Source of the DNA: an uncultured Candidatus Saccharibacteria bacterium
GTDB taxonomy: Bacteria > Patescibacteriota > Minisyncoccia > Phycocordibacterales > JAACPR01
DNA: 45,116 nt
Assembly: GCA_964534415.1 (NCBI GenBank)
Contig: CAZHOL010000004.1
Coordinates: 1 to 45,116 of the forward strand
Reading direction: 5' to 3'
Below the pieces are notes generated by a model that saw nothing but the letters and a program-made list of their open reading frames with translations, was not told the origin of the DNA and did not search any database. The position numbers and the translations under genes were made by a program. Shown piece by piece: positions 43,174-45,116 of the stretch; the first letter of the stretch is position 1; each line of letters opens with the position of its first letter.

Positions 43174-43208
43174 AAAAAGAAAAGCGCCCCTGAACGTTCA
43201 GGCGGCGC
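43174..43208 (-). terminator. Intrinsic terminator of cassette D
   Basis: Minus strand GCGCCGCCTGAAC/GTTCAGGGGCGC hairpin followed by TTTTCTTTT. Confidence 0.7.
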
Positions 43209-43232
43209 GTCAATAAACCGAGTAAATTAATA

Positions 43233-43763
43233 TCATGCAGATATGCTCGACCATGTCCCAGTGAGCAATGCCTGCCGATGTGCTTCGTCCATTTGGAATC
43301 GGAAGCTGAAATAATTGCTCACCCCACCCTCCAGAGATGTGAGATCCACGCTGCCGTCGCACTCAAATTTATTGGTCACTCGAATCAATTCGGTGTGATT
43401 TTCTGTTGTCAGTTCGCAACACACAATCCCGCACCTCGTCGCCGACTGAATGAATCGCGGCGTGAACGCTGGGGTTGTACTCTCAGCCCTTCCGATGATT
43501 GCTCCGATGCTCAAACTCGACAGAATCCTCGCCGACTCGTCGCAAGCACTTCCTAGACCGACTCCAGGATCGAGAATCAGAATTCGCCCTGGCCGTTCCA
43601 CCTGGACGAGACATCGCCCATCAGTTGGCGCAAAGGCCTCATTGATTCGCTCTACGAAACCTTCGCGCTCCATTATTCCGGTCGTCATCTGCCCGGGGAC
43701 ATAAACAACAGGTCCCATGACACACAATATTTCACCCGTGCAGGGTTTTTCTGGCTTCATCAT
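43233..43763 (-). CDS. Hypothetical 176-aa protein (GC-rich cassette D)
   Basis: AAAGGAGAG 7 nt upstream of ATGATG at 43763. A long open frame in GC-rich DNA, with a terminator. No family recognised. Confidence 0.5.
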   Translation of the reverse strand: MMKPEKPCTGEILCVMGPVVYVPGQMTTGIMEREGFVERINEAFAPTDGRCLVQVERPGRILILDPGVGLGSACDESARILSSLSIGAIIGRAESTTPAFTPRFIQSATRCGIVCCELTTENHTELIRVTNKFECDGSVDLTSLEGGVSNYFSFRFQMDEAHRQALLTGTWSSISA

Positions 43764-43921
43764 GACACACTCTCCTTTCAAAGAGCGACACACATCGTAA
43801 TTGATGCATGTTCTGATTGAAGAATAGTATAGATTTAATTTTAAAGCAATGAGGTCACCTATGTGCGAATAATTTTATTTTGCTTCTTTACTTCATACAA
43901 AACACATCGTTATATCAAAAC

Positions 43922-43947
43922 AAAAAACACCCTCACGAAGAGAGTGT
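43922..43947 (-). terminator. Intrinsic terminator after tRNA-Asp (bidirectional shape)
   Basis: Minus strand ACACTCTC-ttcgt-GAGGGTGT (one G-U pair) followed by TTTTTT, 11 nt after the tRNA 3' end. Confidence 0.65.
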
Positions 43948-43957
43948 CTTTTTTATG

Positions 43958-44031
43958 CGCGAGTGATGGGACTTGAACCCACGACCTTCCGCGTGACAGG
44001 CGGACGCTCTAACCAGCTGAGCTACACCCGC
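43958..44031 (-). tRNA. tRNA-Asp (anticodon GTC)
   Basis: Manual cloverleaf: acceptor GCGGGTG/CACTCGC, anticodon arm TCCGC-CTGTCAC-GCGGA, T arm GTGGG-TTCAAGT-CCCAT. No encoded CCA. Confidence 0.92.
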
Positions 44032-44094
44032 ATAATTTTACTTCAATTATGCGATGCTTAATAATGTATCAGATTTTGAAGTTTTGGGCAATAG

Positions 44095-44122
44095 AAAAAA
44101 GCGTAGCCGGGGGCGCTACGCT
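44095..44122 (-). terminator. Intrinsic terminator of cassette E (contains the ORF stop codon)
   Basis: Minus strand AGCGTAGC-7 nt-GCTACGCT followed by TTTTTT. Confidence 0.7.
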
Positions 44123-44319
44123 TTTGGGACACGCTTGCGGGAAACCCCGCTGTCATGTCCCCAGTTCTTTTGGCTCCAACCTCGCCACGGGGGCCGAGTT
44201 GAAACTGAAGAAGAACTCGCTGCAGCCAAACGCGCTCGACACTCCTTGCACGTTCCTCCGCAGTCACCATCACATCCCCGCTCCGAGCGGGTAAGAATCT
44301 CGATGCCATTGTGTTGCAT
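44116..44319 (-). CDS. Hypothetical 67-aa Cys-rich protein (GC-rich cassette E)
   Basis: AAAGGAGAA 6 nt upstream of the ATG. Strong promoter at 44342-44369. Motif CDGDCGGTCKEC. Several frames are open, so coding status is uncertain. Confidence 0.35.
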   Translation of the reverse strand: MQHNGIEILTRSERGCDGDCGGTCKECRARLAAASSSSVSTRPPWRGWSQKNWGHDSGVSRKRVPKA

Positions 44320-44341
44320 TGGCTTCTCCTTTCTTATCTGA

Positions 44342-44369
44342 ATAATACCATATCTAGAGATATTGTCAA
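44342..44369 (-). promoter_or_regulatory. Promoter of cassette E, TTGACA-16-TATTAT
   Basis: Minus strand TTGACAatatctctagatatggTATTAT, directly after the cassette F stop. The spacer holds the ATATCT/AGATAT inverted repeat. Confidence 0.6.
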
Positions 44370-44741
44370 CTACTTTCTCGTTTCCCTAAAATCAGGCAAC
44401 CTTTCATAAGGAAATGGGAACTCGTCCTCGTCATAATTCATCTCCCACCATCCGTATGGTTTCGCAGGCAACTCGATTGAATTTCCTTCCTTATCCAAAC
44501 TACATGTTGGTGTCATTACCAATTTGCCGCTCGCGTCCACTTCGAAAGCACTGACTGCGCCACAACACCAGTCGCGCGACGGGTCACCAATATTGGCTAG
44601 TTCACGTGCCGTGCGTACGATTTGAATTGGTCTACCCAAATTTTCACTTCCCACTCTCTGAAGCAGAGCATCACAAGGGTGAAAAGAAAAAAGCTCTCTC
44701 AAGAAATTTAGCTGTCTTGGTCTCTTTAATCTCTTCTTCAT
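44370..44741 (-). CDS. Hypothetical 123-aa protein (GC-rich cassette F)
   Basis: GTGGAGGT 6 nt upstream of the ATG at 44741 (MKKRLKRPRQ). Promoter at 44799-44827. No family recognised. Confidence 0.5.
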   Translation of the reverse strand: MKKRLKRPRQLNFLRELFSFHPCDALLQRVGSENLGRPIQIVRTARELANIGDPSRDWCCGAVSAFEVDASGKLVMTPTCSLDKEGNSIELPAKPYGWWEMNYDEDEFPFPYERLPDFRETRK

Positions 44742-44798
44742 GACATACCTCCACTTCTTGGTTAAAAAGTTAAAGGATCGGTCGTGACTCTGATAATC

Positions 44799-44827
44799 AT
44801 TATACCCACCCCCTCCCAAAACCGCAA
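44799..44827 (-). promoter_or_regulatory. Promoter of cassette F, TTGCGG-17-TATAAT
   Basis: Minus strand TTGCGGttttgggagggggtgggTATAAT, starting 6 nt after the tRNA-Met 3' end. Confidence 0.55.
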
Positions 44828-44832
44828 TGTTG

Positions 44833-44906
44833 TGTCGACGGGTGGAATCGAACCACCGACCTTAGCTTTATGAGTGCTATGCTCTAACCTTCTGAGCTAC
44901 GTCGAC
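44833..44906 (-). tRNA. tRNA with CAT anticodon, elongator type (Met, or Ile if lysidine-modified)
   Basis: Manual cloverleaf: acceptor GTCGACG/CGTCGAC with G1-C72, anticodon loop CTCATAA, T arm GGTGG-TTCGATT-CCACC. Confidence 0.88.
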
Positions 44907-44915
44907 ATGACCTAC

Positions 44916-44944
44916 AATATAATACGTTTTTCGCATTTCCGCAA
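44916..44944 (-). promoter_or_regulatory. tRNA-Met promoter TTGCGG-17-TATATT
   Basis: Minus strand TTGCGGaaatgcgaaaaacgtatTATATT, 9 nt upstream of the tRNA 5' end. Confidence 0.55.
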
Positions 44945-45041
44945 CGCCTTCTCACATACGAGAACGAGATGCATTTTCACGATAGTGAAAATGACATCGT
45001 GCTTGAAAAACAGGTAATGCGAAGGCAAACTTCAATAATTG

Positions 45042-45112
45042 TTGCGGGGCCCGGATTTGCACCGGGGTCTAGAGGTTATGAGCCTCTCGAGGTACTACTC
45101 CTCTACCCCGCG
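45042..45112 (-). tRNA. Initiator-type tRNA (anticodon CAT) with an atypical D-loop and T-loop
   Basis: C1-A72 mismatch (CGCGGGG/CCCCGCA), anticodon arm AGAGG-CTCATAA-CCTCT, T arm CCCGG-TGCAAAT-CCGGG, D arm GAGG-AGTAGTA-CCTC. Close to E. coli tRNA-fMet in the acceptor stem and anticodon loop. Confidence 0.8.
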
Positions 45113-45116
45113 ATTA

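Noticed and set aside
44972-44993. 9-bp hairpin CATTTTCAC-gata-GTGAAAATG between the tRNA-fMet and tRNA-Met genes
   Set aside because: No U-run follows on either strand, so it is not a convincing terminator. It may be a processing signal, but there is no further support.
1-45116. Alternative genetic code (UGA as sense, as in some CPR lineages)
   Set aside because: RF2 with an SPF motif is present. TGA terminates several well-supported genes (for example the GH gene at 28297, and cassettes A and D). Conserved genes are full length under the standard code.
1-45116. CRISPR arrays, rRNA genes, transposases, integrases, reverse transcriptases, group I/II introns
   Set aside because: No regularly spaced direct repeats were seen, and no ORF has the corresponding signatures. 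The only repeats found are short terminator stems and the 12-bp and 24-bp inverted repeats reported above.

Overview
Visibly AT-rich, very gene-dense bacterial window with about 60 genes, most on the minus strand. The compact proteins, a short RF2 and the ftsEX-pyrG arrangement suggest a small-genome Patescibacteria/CPR-like organism; this is inference only. The standard genetic code applies: RF2 with an SPF motif is present, TGA is used as a stop, and conserved ORFs are full length. Housekeeping genes: rnj, hisS, gltX, pyrG, ftsE, ftsX, prfB, murI, an RsuA-type pseudouridine synthase, an ABC-F ATPase and a PIF1-like helicase. There is also an OmpR/histidine-kinase pair and a compact beta-glucoside cluster (GH1, DMT transporter, GH-A hydrolase, ROK kinase). 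Six tRNA genes are present, all on the minus strand: Gln-CTG, Thr-GGT, Thr-CGT, Asp-GTC, Met-CAT and an initiator-like CAT. Accessory content: (1) two ATP-grasp ligases plus a translationally coupled DUF1704/MATCAP-like HExxxH peptidase at 8.4-12.4 kb. (2) An island at 20-27.2 kb ending at the 3' end of tRNA-Gln, carrying an orphan MazF, a P-loop kinase-ASCH-NUDIX trio, a Fic-DUF262/HNH-4TM operon, an EcoRI-type adenine methyltransferase and a gene remnant. (3) A RelB/DinJ-RelE/YafQ pair with a perfect 24-bp palindromic operator. (4) Seven visibly GC-rich, self-contained small-gene cassettes (promoter, leader, strong Shine-Dalgarno, ORF, intrinsic terminator), five next to tRNA genes, two next to truncated gene remnants, none recognisable. 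About 20 resident genes have a (TGn)TAnnnT -10 box only 6-9 nt upstream of the ATG with no Shine-Dalgarno, which implies leaderless transcripts. Two promoter-plus-terminator small-RNA candidates were found. No CRISPR array, rRNA, transposase or integrase was seen. The best candidates for an undescribed system are the ATP-grasp/MATCAP-like module, the Fic-DUF262/HNH-4TM operon and the GC-rich cassette set.
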